Assembly: GCF_006345805.1 (NCBI RefSeq)
Contig: NC_043007.1
Coordinates: 60,264,001 to 60,328,000, forward strand
Source: Octopus sinensis
Lineage: Eukaryota
Length of the DNA stretch: 64,000 nucleotides
Reading direction: 5' to 3'
The number at the start of each line of letters is the position of its first letter. Within the stretch, counting starts at the first letter, position 1. A program made the position numbers and the translations under genes. Under the pieces are notes generated by a model, which was not told where the DNA came from, did not search any database, and was given only the letters and a program-made list of their open reading frames with translations. Positions 1 through 11,205 of the stretch are shown here, in pieces.

Positions 1-573
1 GGTGGAAAGTTCAGTGAGGTTGATGCAGAGTAATCTGTCATTCTACCTGTTCACTTTTTGATCTCGGACAAAGTTCTTTTCAGAACCAGAGCTTGCCCAC
101 CTCAGGGTGCTTGAATTTGTTCAGCAAATGCTTCAACCGGATTACATGGTTCTCCTTGGTCATTTTTGACTTTAGCTACCCTCTTCCCATAACATAGGAT
201 TTGTGCATTATATCTAATTGCTGATGATGCCCTGGACTTGGTGGACAAACTCAACTTTTTTGACAGTGTTTGATCATCAAGAATGTTTTGTTTACTTTTG
301 GCCATGAAAGGCACATTGTCACCAGATGCCTAGAGCTCTTTTCTTATTTGAAACATGAAGGATCTGATGACATTTAAGGTTGCAGACAGCTAAGGCAACA
401 AGAGTGGCATGCCCTTTCATCATTTGCATTAGATTCAAAGCTTCCGTGTTGGAGCGAATAAGAAAGGATATTTAGTTAAGGCTTGGGCCACTTATGGCTC
501 TTATAAATTTTGTTCTCAAGTAGCTGATGTATCCTGTGTATATAAGTACATACACACTTGCACATATATATAA

Positions 574-790
574 CACCATCATCATTACCAGTTAGCATCC
601 ATTTTCCTTGCTGGCATAGGTTGGATGGTTTCACAGGATTCAGCAAGCCACAGGACTCTGCCTAGCTCTAGTGTAAGCTTTGGCAAGTTTTCTACATACC
701 TCAAAGTAATTACTGGGTGCTTTTTTTTCATGCCACCAGTACTAGTGAGGCCGCCAGGTAAGTTGCAAGGCTGAAAATAACAGGAAGAGA
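574..790 (-). mobile_element. Decayed RTE-type 3' tail repeat (SINE or short LINE end)
   Basis: (CAT)n followed by AGCATCCATTTTCCTTGCTGGCATAGGTTGGATGG and later TGCCACC; same motif series as the better-preserved copies at 3226 and 48395. Confidence 0.5.
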
Positions 791-899
791 AAGCCCTCAT
801 GACAATGTGTGTATGTGTGTGCATGTATACTTATATATTATGTGTAGGTATTTGTGTGTGTATTTATATGAATATTTGTATATTTGAACATATATGTGT

Positions 900-927
900 G
901 TGTGCATGTATATATATATATATATAT

Positions 928-972
<45 letters not shown>
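900..972. repeat. (TA)n microsatellite
   Basis: Near-pure TA run directly abutting the transposon TIR at 975. Confidence 0.95.
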
Positions 973-974
<2 letters not shown>

Positions 975-976
<2 letters not shown>

Positions 977-1859
977 GGGTATCCCAAAAAATGTATATAC
1001 ATTATATATAGATAATTGTTAAGTAGGTGTTTATTAAAATACATTTCGTTTTCAAAATTTAATAGAATCTACAGACATTATTTTCTTGTTTTGTCAACAA
1101 CTGTTTTCTAACTGACGTCGTTCTGGTCCAGGCACTGCTGACAACATGAAGCAATGGAATTGCAACCATTACAAAACAATGTGTTTGGTATTTGTGTGCA
1201 TTCTCATTCAATGGCTGCTCTGAAATCAGCGACTGTTGCAGGTTTCATAGTGTAGACTTTGTCTTTTAGGTATCCCCATAAAAAAAGTCTAGTGGTGTGA
1301 GGTCTATTGAATGCGGAGGGTATTCAACCAAACCCCTTATCCAATCCACCAGTTTAGCAAGATCTCTTCAAAGAAGTTTCTAACATCACAGTAGTAGTGT
1401 GGGGGTGCCCCATCTTGCTGAAAACAAAACTCCTCATCGTCAAAGTCTTCTCTAATGTTTGGCATGACAGACTGTTGCAGCAAGTTCAAGTAAACGGGAC
1501 CAGTCACAGTAGCATCAAAAAAGAATGGTCCAGTTAATCTTCTTGATAAGACACGCCACACTGTAACTCCTGGTAAATTAACATGATGTTCCACCATAAC
1601 ATGCGGATTCTCAGATCCCCAGTTGGTGCAATTGTGGCAATTAATTGAACCATTTAATTTGAATGTGGCCTCATCACTCCACACAATCTTTGTTGGAAAA
1701 TGTGCATCTTCTACACATCATGCAACATACCACTCGCAATACTACACTCTCCGGTCTGGATCATCATCATTAATAGCATGGCCTAATCTTCGAATGTAAC
1801 TTTTCCATTGACAATGCTTCAAAATGCGTTGTAAAGACGATTTTAAAATACCCACATCC
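975..1859 (-). mobile_element. Tc1/mariner transposon remnant, rosa/Visitor-like (DD41D), frameshifted; 5' part lost at the gap
   Basis: ORF 1337-1684 has [11 protein letters not shown]...FQQDGAPPH. After a 1-bp frameshift it continues GLVEYPPHSIDLTPLDFF.WGYLKDKVY, giving 41 residues between the 2nd and 3rd D when the frame is restored. Upstream frame reads [32 protein letters not shown]. One TIR, CAGGGTATCCCAAAAA, at 975. Confidence 0.85.
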
Positions 1860-1959
1860 NNNNNNNNNNNNNNNNNNNNNNNNNNNNNNNNNNNNNNNNN
1901 NNNNNNNNNNNNNNNNNNNNNNNNNNNNNNNNNNNNNNNNNNNNNNNNNNNNNNNNNNN
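1860..1959. other. Assembly gap (100 N)
   Basis: Exactly 100 N, typical of an unknown-size scaffold spacer. Sequence after the gap does not continue the transposase. Confidence 0.98.
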
Positions 1960-3225
1960 ACATACAAACAGATGTAATACAGTATATCTTTGAAAGTGAG
2001 GGGGCATAAGAGGCCACAGCCCTCATGAAAAATTCATATATTTTTGCTGTTGATGGAATTTTAACCATAGATATTACACACAAATGAAGCAACATTTCTA
2101 AAATTTCAAATTCTTAGAAGTTAGTAACACCCCTTAATGGGGGCTTAACACCCACAATTTAATCATTTTTCCTAAGCCAAAGGTGAATACAATTGTACTC
2201 TTGGAAGCTGTAGGTTCACCCAAACATAAAAGATGAGAGTTATTTGTAATTCAGTGGTACAACAGTGTAAGACATTGCTTTGAGATATACTCAGATTGTG
2301 ATTTCAGCAATGTGGTGCATACATTCTCAAGTAAAGGAGAGGCTTGTTTGCCTCCTGATTCAGTTGCAATGTGTTGAATAAAATTATTTGGTTGCAGACC
2401 TCCTTTGAGTCATTTTATTATCAGAGATATTCCCCAGATGGTAACATTGATTTCAAAGCCTTCCCACATAAGTGACTGCTTATTCAAAGAGATTTTTAGA
2501 TTGCAAATTTATTCTGTCCACTTACCTATCATCAGAGTGATCATTGGCAAACTTCAGAAGTGACACTTTTATTTCCCCTTAGCCCTCATGTCACACAGTT
2601 ATTAATGTTTATTTTAGTTGGGTCACATCCTTCCAATTACTATACATCCTTAATGCATCTTACGGCTGTGCTTGTCACCTGTGTGGTGAGGAATCCTACA
2701 TTGGAGAGTGGTAACGATTAGGGTAGGGTAGCTGGCTGCTTATTGTGATCATTCATCTTTTGGTTTCCTCTAGCTTTGCTCTCCTTTACAAACCCAGTAA
2801 ACATACATATAAGAAATTTGAACAATAGATAGAAGACGTAAGTTAAAAAGGTTCGAACAATTCAACTTCTCTGGTTGACTTTACCCCCACCCTCAGTATG
2901 GGCCTAACTCCAATATTTTAGAGCTCCATTAGCTCCATTTTTCAGGATCAGAAACCTTTCAATAGGTTCCATTTTCGAATCTGGCCATAATGATCAACAG
3001 CATGGTATAAATGTGTCACAATTAGAATTTTTGTTAGTGTCTAAAGAGGGAAAGAGCCCTCATTAAAATTCTTCATCTGCAATTTTTATGAAATTCAAAT
3101 CAGAGGTATTCCAGTTCATTAGAGAAAATATAAAAGAAAGGTCTAATTCTTCAATTACATGTGACATGGGCAACGCCAGGTATCTCTGCAAGTATATACA
3201 TATATACATGCTTATGTATGTATAT

Positions 3226-3412
3226 CATCATCATCATCATCATTTAGCATCCGCTTTCCATGCTAGCATGGGTTGGACGGGTCAACTGGGGTCTGTGAAG
3301 CTGGAAGGCTTTGTCAGGCCCAGTCAGATCTGGCAGTGTTTCTACGGCTGGATGCCCTTCTTAACGCCAACCACTCCGCGAGTGTAGTGGGTGTTTTTTA
3401 CGTGCCACCTGC
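3226..3412 (-). mobile_element. RTE-type 3' tail repeat (SINE or short LINE end)
   Basis: (CAT)6 then TTAGCATCCGCTTTCCATGCTAGCATGGGTTGGACGG...TTTCTACGGCTGGATGCCCTT..TAACGCCAACCAC; recurs at 574, 48395, 52748 and 53577. The RTE assignment is my recognition. Confidence 0.65.
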
Positions 3413-3427
3413 AATCATATATATATA

Positions 3428-4080
3428 TTGATTGATTCTAGTTTCAGCTCACGAGCTGTGGCCATGCTGGGGCACCGCCATTTGGTGTTGCTACATGGTT
3501 TTACTTCACGAATGCTTTTTAGCAACTGCCATTTGGTGCATGAGAGAGTTCGATGCAGCTGCCCTCATCTGCACCGCCTGCCGTGAAGTTGGTTCATCTG
3601 GGATACCTGACAAGAATAGATCCAGTTTCATTTTAAAGACATCTGCATCCACCCCATGCAGGTCTCTTAGGTTCTTCGGGAGGATATTGAAGAGCTGTGG
3701 GCCTCGGAAGCCCAGGCTATCACAGTATCTTGTCCTACATCTTGATGGCAAATTTGGAGTCCTAGGCACCACGCAGTGGCGCCCAGTTCTGGCATTTGTG
3801 TAACACTCGATGCCAAAGTTTGGGACAAGTCCTTCCAGATGTATATTATGGCATATCTTTCTCGCCTATGCTCCAAGGAATAGAGTTTTAATCTCTTGAG
3901 TCTTTCCCAGTAGCTTATATTCTGCATAGAGGCTATCTTCTTTGTGTAGCTACGTTGGATCGCCTCAAGTTCTGTGATCAACTTGACACTGGATGGTGAC
4001 CATAGCTGAGAGCAATAGTCAAAGTGGCTTAGGACAAGTGTCCTCCAGAGGACCATCATGGTTTCTTGTTCTCTTGTTCT
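3428..4080 (-). mobile_element. CR1-group LINE, subfamily A, 5'-truncated 3' fragment with intact tail
   Basis: RTREQETMMVLWRTLVLSHFDYCSQLWSP...LEAIQRSYTKKI...LKLYSLEHRRERYAIIYIWK and LHGVDADVFKMKLDLFLSGIPDEP; ends in GGCGGTGCCCCAGCATGGCC...CTGAAACTAG plus (AATC) repeats. Confidence 0.88.
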
Positions 4081-5925
4081 ACCCCAAAGGCCTTCTTTCA
4101 TTACACGAAAGAAACAGCCTCAGTACACTGCAAGATAGGACCCCTCTTCCAAAAGGATGGGTCCCTCACAGACAGTCCAACTAAGATCAGTGAGATACTG
4201 ATTGACCAATTCAAAAGTGTCTTTACCACCCCATTGGAACACAAACCAGTGAACGAACCAGTGGACTTCTTTGCCACCTCACCTATAACCAATGAGGCAG
4301 TTACAAGGGAATACATCAACATTAGCGAAGAGGATATACTACTAGCCATAGATGAGGTGGACACAAACTCAACTGCTGGTCCTGATGGTTTCCCAGCAAT
4401 CCTCCTCAAATCATGTAAGCATGCCTTGGCAAAACTCTTCCAGAGCTTTCTTGCAAATGGCAGACTGCCAAGCAAGCTGAAGGAGGGAATAATATGCCCA
4501 ATCCATAAAGAGGGAAGCAGAGTAGGTGCCAAAAACTATAGGCCTATCTCTCTGACATCAGCAAAGTCATGGAACGGATAGTCAGAGCGAAATTAATCGC
4601 ATTCCTTAAAGAAAATAACTTGCTGAGTGATACCCAGCATGGCTTTTGACCTGGTAGGAGCTGCCTGACTCAGATCTTACAACATTATGAATGGGTGTTG
4701 AGGCAGTTACTCAACAAACCAAATGTGGACATAATCTACCTTGATTTTGCAGAAGCTTTTGACAATGTGGATTATGGTATGATATGCCATGAACTGCGTG
4801 ATCTCGGCATAGCTGGAAAATTTGGAGTGATTACATGACTTTCTGAAAGGTAGAAGTCAGGCATTAGTGGCCAATGGAACCACCTCAATGAAAATACAAA
4901 TAGTGAGCGGTGTTCCACAGGGTACTGTCTTGCGACCACTGCTTTTCATAGTGGCTCTCTCAGATATGCCCTCAATTGCCCGGATAGCCACCCTTGTTAG
5001 CTATGCAGACAATATGAAAGTCTCGCAAAAAATACAGAACCCCAGTGATGTTGAACTCAATTTACAGATGGGCTGAGGATAATAATATGCAGTTTAATGC
5101 TGAAAAATTCCAAGCCCTGACCTACAAGGCATCCAAAATTGACTACGAAACTTACAGGGTACACTGATCCACAGAGAATTTCAATCTCAGAGCCTAAATC
5201 AGTGAGGGACCTGGGTATCAACATGAGTGATGTTACCTCTTTCCAAGTGCACATTTCGAGGATGGCAACAAAGTGCAGACAACTGGCTGGATGGATCTTA
5301 AGAGCATTCAGAAGGAAACCATGATGGTCCTATGGAGGACATTCATCCTCAACTGCCTGGGTTACTGCTCCTAGCTATGGTCACTCAACTGTAGAATTAA
5401 CAGTGGACCTTGAAGCAATCCAGCAAAGATTCACAAAGAAGATCATCTCTTTGCAACTGCTCGGCTACTGGAAAAGGCTGAAACAGCTACGACTCTACTC
5501 CCTGGAGCGAAGGTGGGAAAGGTATGCAGTATCATACATCTGGAAGATCGTGGAAGGAATTGTGCCAAATTTTGGCATTGAAAGCTACACCAATACCAGA
5601 ACTGGTTGACACTGCCAAGGTGCTTCAGGGCCAGTTACTGCAACAGACTGGGTTTCAGGGGCCCACAGCTTTTCAGTATTCTCCCAAAAAGCCTGAGAAA
5701 CCTGCACAAAGTACATGTAGGCATTTTTAAATCAAGGCTGGACCTCTTCCTGTCAAGAGTCCCAGATGGACCTACCTCACAGCAAGAGGTCCAATTCAGG
5801 GTAGCTACATCAAATTCCATTCTTCACCAAGTGCCACGTATTGGAGAAGCCTCTCAGTAATAACAGTGTAGCTAAACGGTGGTGCATCAGCATGGCTGCA
5901 TCTATGACCTGCAACTACAGACAAG
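4081..5925 (+). mobile_element. CR1-group LINE, subfamily B, 5'-truncated, RT region to 3' end, pseudogenised
   Basis: AGPDGFPAILLK, KNYRPISLTS, QHGF, IYLDFAEAFD, SGVPQGTVLRPLLF, SYADN, VRDLG and LYSLERR motifs across frameshifted ORFs (4066-4581, 4867-5076, 5139-5324, 5403-5609, 5606-5860). Tail homologous to subfamily A at about 5878-5918. Confidence 0.9.
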
Positions 5926-5939
5926 AAATATATATTTCA

Positions 5940-6120
5940 CCATCATAGATCACTACCCACTACACATTTCTTATTTTCTCTCCTTGTTTCTTTCGGTGTT
6001 CCTTTCTGTGGATGAGCGTAGGCTCAAAACATTAAAGAATTTTTTACTTCTCAAGCATTATACTAATACAATTGTTTGTTGCGAACACCACCTGTCTTCG
6101 TCTTATGTTCAATTCTCCCT
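5940..6120 (+). mobile_element. Penelope-like element terminal (pLTR-like) fragment
   Basis: TTCCTTTCTGTGGATGAGCGTAGGCTCAAAACATT...TATACTAATACA..TGTTTGTTG...CACCACCTGTCTTCGTC resembles PLE termini carrying a GAGC-loop-GCTC-GAAAC motif. Family assignment is by recognition only. Confidence 0.45.
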
Positions 6121-6137
6121 ATATATGTATATATATA

Positions 6138-6174
<37 letters not shown>

Positions 6175-6177
<3 letters not shown>

Positions 6178-6521
6178 AGGTTGTGTGCTGTCTGTCTCCT
6201 ACGATTTAGATTCCTAACTACTCCCACATTTTGCGGTGCAGTTTAACCAAAACCGGGTATCTTATAGTCATGATTCATATCGAGCCCTTCTGGTATTAGT
6301 GCACGTCTATGATGAGTCTACGATTTAAAAAAAAATTTACCATCAATTTTTCCCATTTTTAATGCATTTATGGCATATATAAGGGAAGTAACTCTCTAAA
6401 AATTTATTAAGTCTCAGAACATAAAAAGCTACAGTAACACCCCCCCCCCCTTTGTGGTTAGCCATATTGAGATGGCTATTATATTTTACATCTCTTAAAA
6501 TGCTGGGCAATACTGCTAGTA
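6175..6521 (-). mobile_element. Non-autonomous Helentron/DINE-1-like element
   Basis: Minus strand begins TACTAGCAGTATTGCCCAGCATT, ends GAGACAGACAGCACACAACCTCAC followed by (AT)n, and is flanked by TA runs on both sides. This is the DINE-1-like end architecture. Confidence 0.45.
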
Positions 6522-6675
6522 TATATATATATATATACACACATTTTTATATATATATATATGTGTGTGTGTCTGTGTGTGTATATATAGATGACAAGGA
6601 TGGATGCAGATGAAAGATGTCACCCCCACTTGGTAGACACCCAGGACAACAAACCTGCCCGGGAAGTAAACCCAA

Positions 6676-7233
6676 GTGAAAGTGCCCCTACCAGCATCAG
6701 AAGACAAAACCATGGAGATGAAAGAAGTAAAAGAAGGAAAAACTAAAACTCAAACAAAAACAAAAGATGAAACAGTCAAGGAAAGAAGCAAACCTGACTA
6801 TCCATATACCAAAAAGGATAGAAAGGGACAGTACACACGAATGTGTAAATTCTACCTGAAAGGTGTCTGCTGGCATGGAGAGGAAGGTGCAGGCTGCTGT
6901 TTTGCACACCAGAGACCCCGCCACATGAACATGAAACAAGGAGGAAACCACCTGCCAATAGGAAAAGGAAAGGACTACGTACTACCTGCCCTAAAATGGA
7001 GGTACGCAGATGTAGTGCGTGTTACAAACCATCAACATGTTATTGAAAGGGCAGCTGCTGAACAAGAATCTTTTTTGTGCATGGCACAAAAGATTGTACA
7101 GCAGCTAACCAGGCTCCATAAAACTCAAACTCACAGATGGGACTATCCACAATACACAAGACCACCACAGCAAATAGACCCAAGGTGGACACCACTGGCA
7201 ACAACGCACACATCACTTCGATGCTCCTACTGA
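6676..7233 (+). pseudogene. LINE ORF1 (C-terminal part) with a CCCH zinc finger
   Basis: 185-aa ORF, Lys-rich, then CKFYLKGVCWHGEEGAGCCFAH (C-x7-C-x8-C-x3-H). Its stop at 7231-7233 overlaps the putative ORF2 ATG at 7221 in another frame. Confidence 0.65.
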
Positions 7234-9170
7234 ACATCAGAGGACTGCTAACACTCAGTAACAGGACAAAAATCCCTTTCTTGAGAGACCTTGTTGCATG
7301 CAATCAAGCCTTATGCATAGCACTTATGGAAACACACCTGAAACCAGATATAGCAGATGCAGAAATACACATACCACAGTATGTTGTATTATGGACCGAC
7401 AGAAAAGAAAGGAGTCATGGTGGAGTTGCTATGTACATCTGTGAGGACCTCATACCCCAGGTCCTTTTGTCATACTCAAATTCGGCGTGTGACACTAATT
7501 GTACATATAAGGCAACTCAGTGTAGTTATATGTGCTACGTATCACCCTCCAGATGCTCCAAGTCATGTAAGCAAGTTTGAAGACTGCCTTACAAAAATAG
7601 ACGTTCTAGTCACATTAGATCAACACATAGGTGTACTTCTTATGGGAGACTTCAATCTGCCCAATGTCAGATGGCCTGAGGGCCTTTCTCTCCCAGGAAT
7701 GACATGATGCGAACGAGGACAGGCGAGGTCCCTCCTGAACCTCATCAACACTCTGTACATGGAGCAAATAATACTCCAACCAATCAGGACAGGTAACATA
7801 CTGGATCTCTGCTTCACAAATAATATGGATCTCATCCATAATGTGAAAGTGACACCAACGCTACTCTCAGATCACAACATAGTAGAGCTAACCATGTACG
7901 GGCCAAAGGAAAGCATGGACATGCAGTCTACAAGAAACTCTCAGAATCTTTCTAGCTTGAACTTTCATAAGGCAAACTGGAAACAAATTGAGAAAGAGAT
8001 CCTCAAACAAAACTGACCTAAATGTCTCTCCTCACCAGACATCGACATGAAACTTCAACAATTTATGTCTCTAATGCAAGCCATATGCTACAAATGTGTC
8101 CCAGAGAGAAAGGCCACTGTACACAAGAACAAAATCCCCAGAGAGAGGAAAATTCTTATGAGATGGCGTACAAAAGTTTCAGATCGCCTAAACAAACAAA
8201 TTGAAAGCAGTGAAAAGTCCTGCCTGAAAATAAAACTGATGGAAATTGAAAAATGTCTGCAACTCTCCCATGAAAAAGAAAGAGCAGACAAAGAAGCCTG
8301 GGCTATAGACAACATAAAATCTAACCCCAGAACTTTCTACAAGTTTGCCAAAGAAACAGCTACGGTGCACTGTAGGATAGAGCCACTCCTTGAAAAAGAT
8401 GGTACACTCACAGGAAATCCAATGAGGATAAGTAAAATACTAAATGAGCAATTCAAAAGTATTTTCACTCCACCCCTAGGGCATTTTCAAGTCAGCAATC
8501 CAACTGACTTCTTTACCACTGCAGAAGCAACGATGATGGATTACATCAATATATAGGAAGACGATGTAATGAGGGCTATAGATGAAATGAACCCAAACTC
8601 AGCTACTGGCCCCGATGGATTCCCAGCAATCCTTCTAAAAGTATGTAAGAGAGTCCTAGCAAGACCACTGCAGTTCCTCTTTCAGAGCTTCCTTGCAATT
8701 GGCAAACTTCGAAGAAAACTGAAGGAGGGTAAGATATGCCCTATTCATAAAGGAGGTAGCAGAGCAGAGGCCAAGAACATAGACCTATCTCTCTGACCTC
8801 ACACATCAGCAAGGTCATTGAACGAATAATCAGAAGAAAGCTAATCGCCTTCCTTGAAGAAAATGACTTGCTGCCTTACACACAACATGGTTTCCGACCA
8901 GGAAGAAGCTGCCTAACTCAGCTCCTACAACACTATGACTGGGTGCTGAAACAACTGCTCAACCACTCAAATGTGGAAGTGATATATCTCGACTTTGCAA
9001 AGGCCTTTGATAAAGTCAATCATGGAATGATATGTCACAAACTGCATGATCTTGGCATAGTTGGAATTTCTGAAGGATAGAAGGTAGGTGGTAGTAGCCA
9101 ATGGGGCCACCTACAATAACACGCAAATAGTGAGCGGTATTCCGCAAGGCACTGTTTTGGGACCACTGCT
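7221..9170 (+). pseudogene. LINE ORF2 (APE endonuclease and RT), broken by stops and frameshifts
   Basis: Collinear ORF pieces 7137-7580, 7357-7707, 7759-8016, 8047-8556, 8569-8796 and 8868-9080 carry APE and RT motifs in the correct order. Confidence 0.9.
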
Positions 9171-10250
9171 CAGTGTTGCTACATGATTTTACTTCACGAA
9201 TGCTTTTTAGCAATTGATATTTGGTGCATGAGAGAGTTTGATGCAGCTGCCTTCATCTGCACCTCCTGCCGTGAAGTTGGTTCATCTGGGACACCTGACA
9301 GGAAGAGGTCAGCCTTATTTTAAAGACATCTGCATCCACCCCGTGCAGGTCTATCAGGATAATGAAGAGCTGTGGACCTCTGAAGCCCAGGCTATCACAA
9401 TATCTTGCCCTACATCTTGATGGCAAATTCTGAGTCCTTGGCACTATGCAGTGGCACCCAGTTCTAGTATTTGTGTAACTCTCGATGCCAAAGTTTGGGA
9501 CAAGTCCTTCCAGGATCTTCCAGATGTATATTATGGCATATCTTTCTCGCCTACGTTCTAAGGAATAGTCTTGACGTATTCAGTCTTTCCCAATAGCTTA
9601 TATGCTGCACAGAGGCTATCTTCTTCGTGTAGCTTCGATGGATCGCCTCAAGTTCTGTGATTAATTTGACACTGGTTCGTGACCATAGCTGAGAGCAATA
9701 GTCAAAGTGGCTTAGGACAAGTTTCCTCCAGAGGACCATAATGGTTTCCTGGTATCTTATTCTAAAAGCTCTAAGAATCCATCCGGTCAGCCGCCTACAT
9801 TTCATTGCCAGTTTAGCAACATGCACATGAAAGTTTGCATCATTACTCATGTAAATACCCAGGTCTCGCACTGATTGTGCCTCTGGGATTGCAATCCCTC
9901 CAGGTCCACTGTATTTATTGGGTATTGCATTTAGTTTTGCATGCTGATAGCATAAAGCTTGAAACTTTTCAGCATTGAACTGCATGCTATTCTTTTCAGC
10001 CAACTTGTATATTTTCTCCAGCTCACATTGCAGCTGCATAGTGTCTTCAGGGTTCTGTATTACCTGTGAAACTTTTGTATCATCTGCATAACTTGTGATC
10101 GTGGTTTTCTGCGTGGCTGAAGGCATGTCTGAGAGGGCCATTATAAACAGCAGTGGTCCAAAAACAGTGCCTTGCGAAACACAGGTCACTATTTGCATGT
10201 TATTGGAGGTGGCCACATTGGCTTCCACCACCTGACTTCTATCCATCAAA
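9171..10250 (-). mobile_element. CR1-group LINE, subfamily A, RT C-terminal part to near the 3' end; terminal tail missing
   Basis: ORF 9551-10249 (232 aa): SQGTVFGPLLF, SYADDTK, FNAEKFQ, VRDLG, LSHFDYCSQLW, LEAIHRSYTKKI. The 3' part closely matches 3480-4080. Confidence 0.92.
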
Positions 10251-11113
10251 TATATATATATATATGTGTGTGTGTGTGTATATATGTGTGTGTATATATG
10301 TATCTATCTATATTTATTTTTTTATATATCTATATGTATGTATATATATGTGTATATGTATATCTGTATGTGTGCATATATATATGTGCATATATATGAG
10401 CATATATATATTTATATATGTATATATATATATATATAGTGTATATATATATATATATATAATATATATATATATATATTATATATATATATGTGTATGT
10501 ATATATATGTGTGTATGTATATATATGTGTATATATATATGTGTATATAATATATGTGTATTATTATATATGTATATATATATATGTGTATGTGTATATA
10601 TGTATGTGTATATATATATGTGTGTATATATATATATATGTGTGTATGTGTATATATGTATGTGTATATATATGTGTGTATGTAATATATTATATATATA
10701 TGGTGTATATATATATAGTGTGTATGTTTTTATATCTATATCTGTATATATATATATATATGTGTATATATATGTGTATGTGTATATATATATATGTGTA
10801 TGTGTATATATATATGTGCATGTGTATATATATATGTGTATGTGTATATATATATGTGTATGTATATATATGTATGTGTATGTATATATATGTATGTATG
10901 TGTATGTATATGTATGTATATATATGTATGTATGTGTATGTATATGTATGTATATATATGTATATATCTATATGTATATATCTATATGTATATATATATA
11001 TATGTATGTATGTATATGTATGTATGTATATATTGTATGTATATGTATGTATGTATATGTATATGTATGTATATATATATATATATATATGTGTACATAT
11101 ATGTATATATTTA

Positions 11114-11156
<43 letters not shown>

Positions 11157-11166
11157 TATAGTATTG

Positions 11167-11205
<39 letters not shown>

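Larger units (their letters stand above)
6590..9170 (+). mobile_element. CR1-group LINE, subfamily A: ORF1, APE endonuclease and N-terminal RT; 3' third missing
   Basis: ORF1 region followed by LLNIRGL, ETHL, DRKERSHGGVA, YHPP, MGDFNLP, NILDLCFTN and SDHN (APE), then TGPDGFPAILLK, QHGFRPGRSCLTQLL, IYLDFAKAFDKV, ending at QGTVLGPLL. Confidence 0.92.

Noticed and set aside
102-314. 70-aa minus ORF with a KLSLSTKSR...YNAQILCYG stretch vaguely like RTE RT C-termini
   Set aside because: No supporting motifs in adjacent frames; too weak to classify.
3428-5310. Twin-priming 5' inversion (a head-to-head junction at 4080, and a 10-bp deletion near 5310 at the matching consensus position)
   Set aside because: The + segment is subfamily B by protein sequence and runs on to its own tail, whereas the minus segment is subfamily A, so they cannot derive from one RNA.
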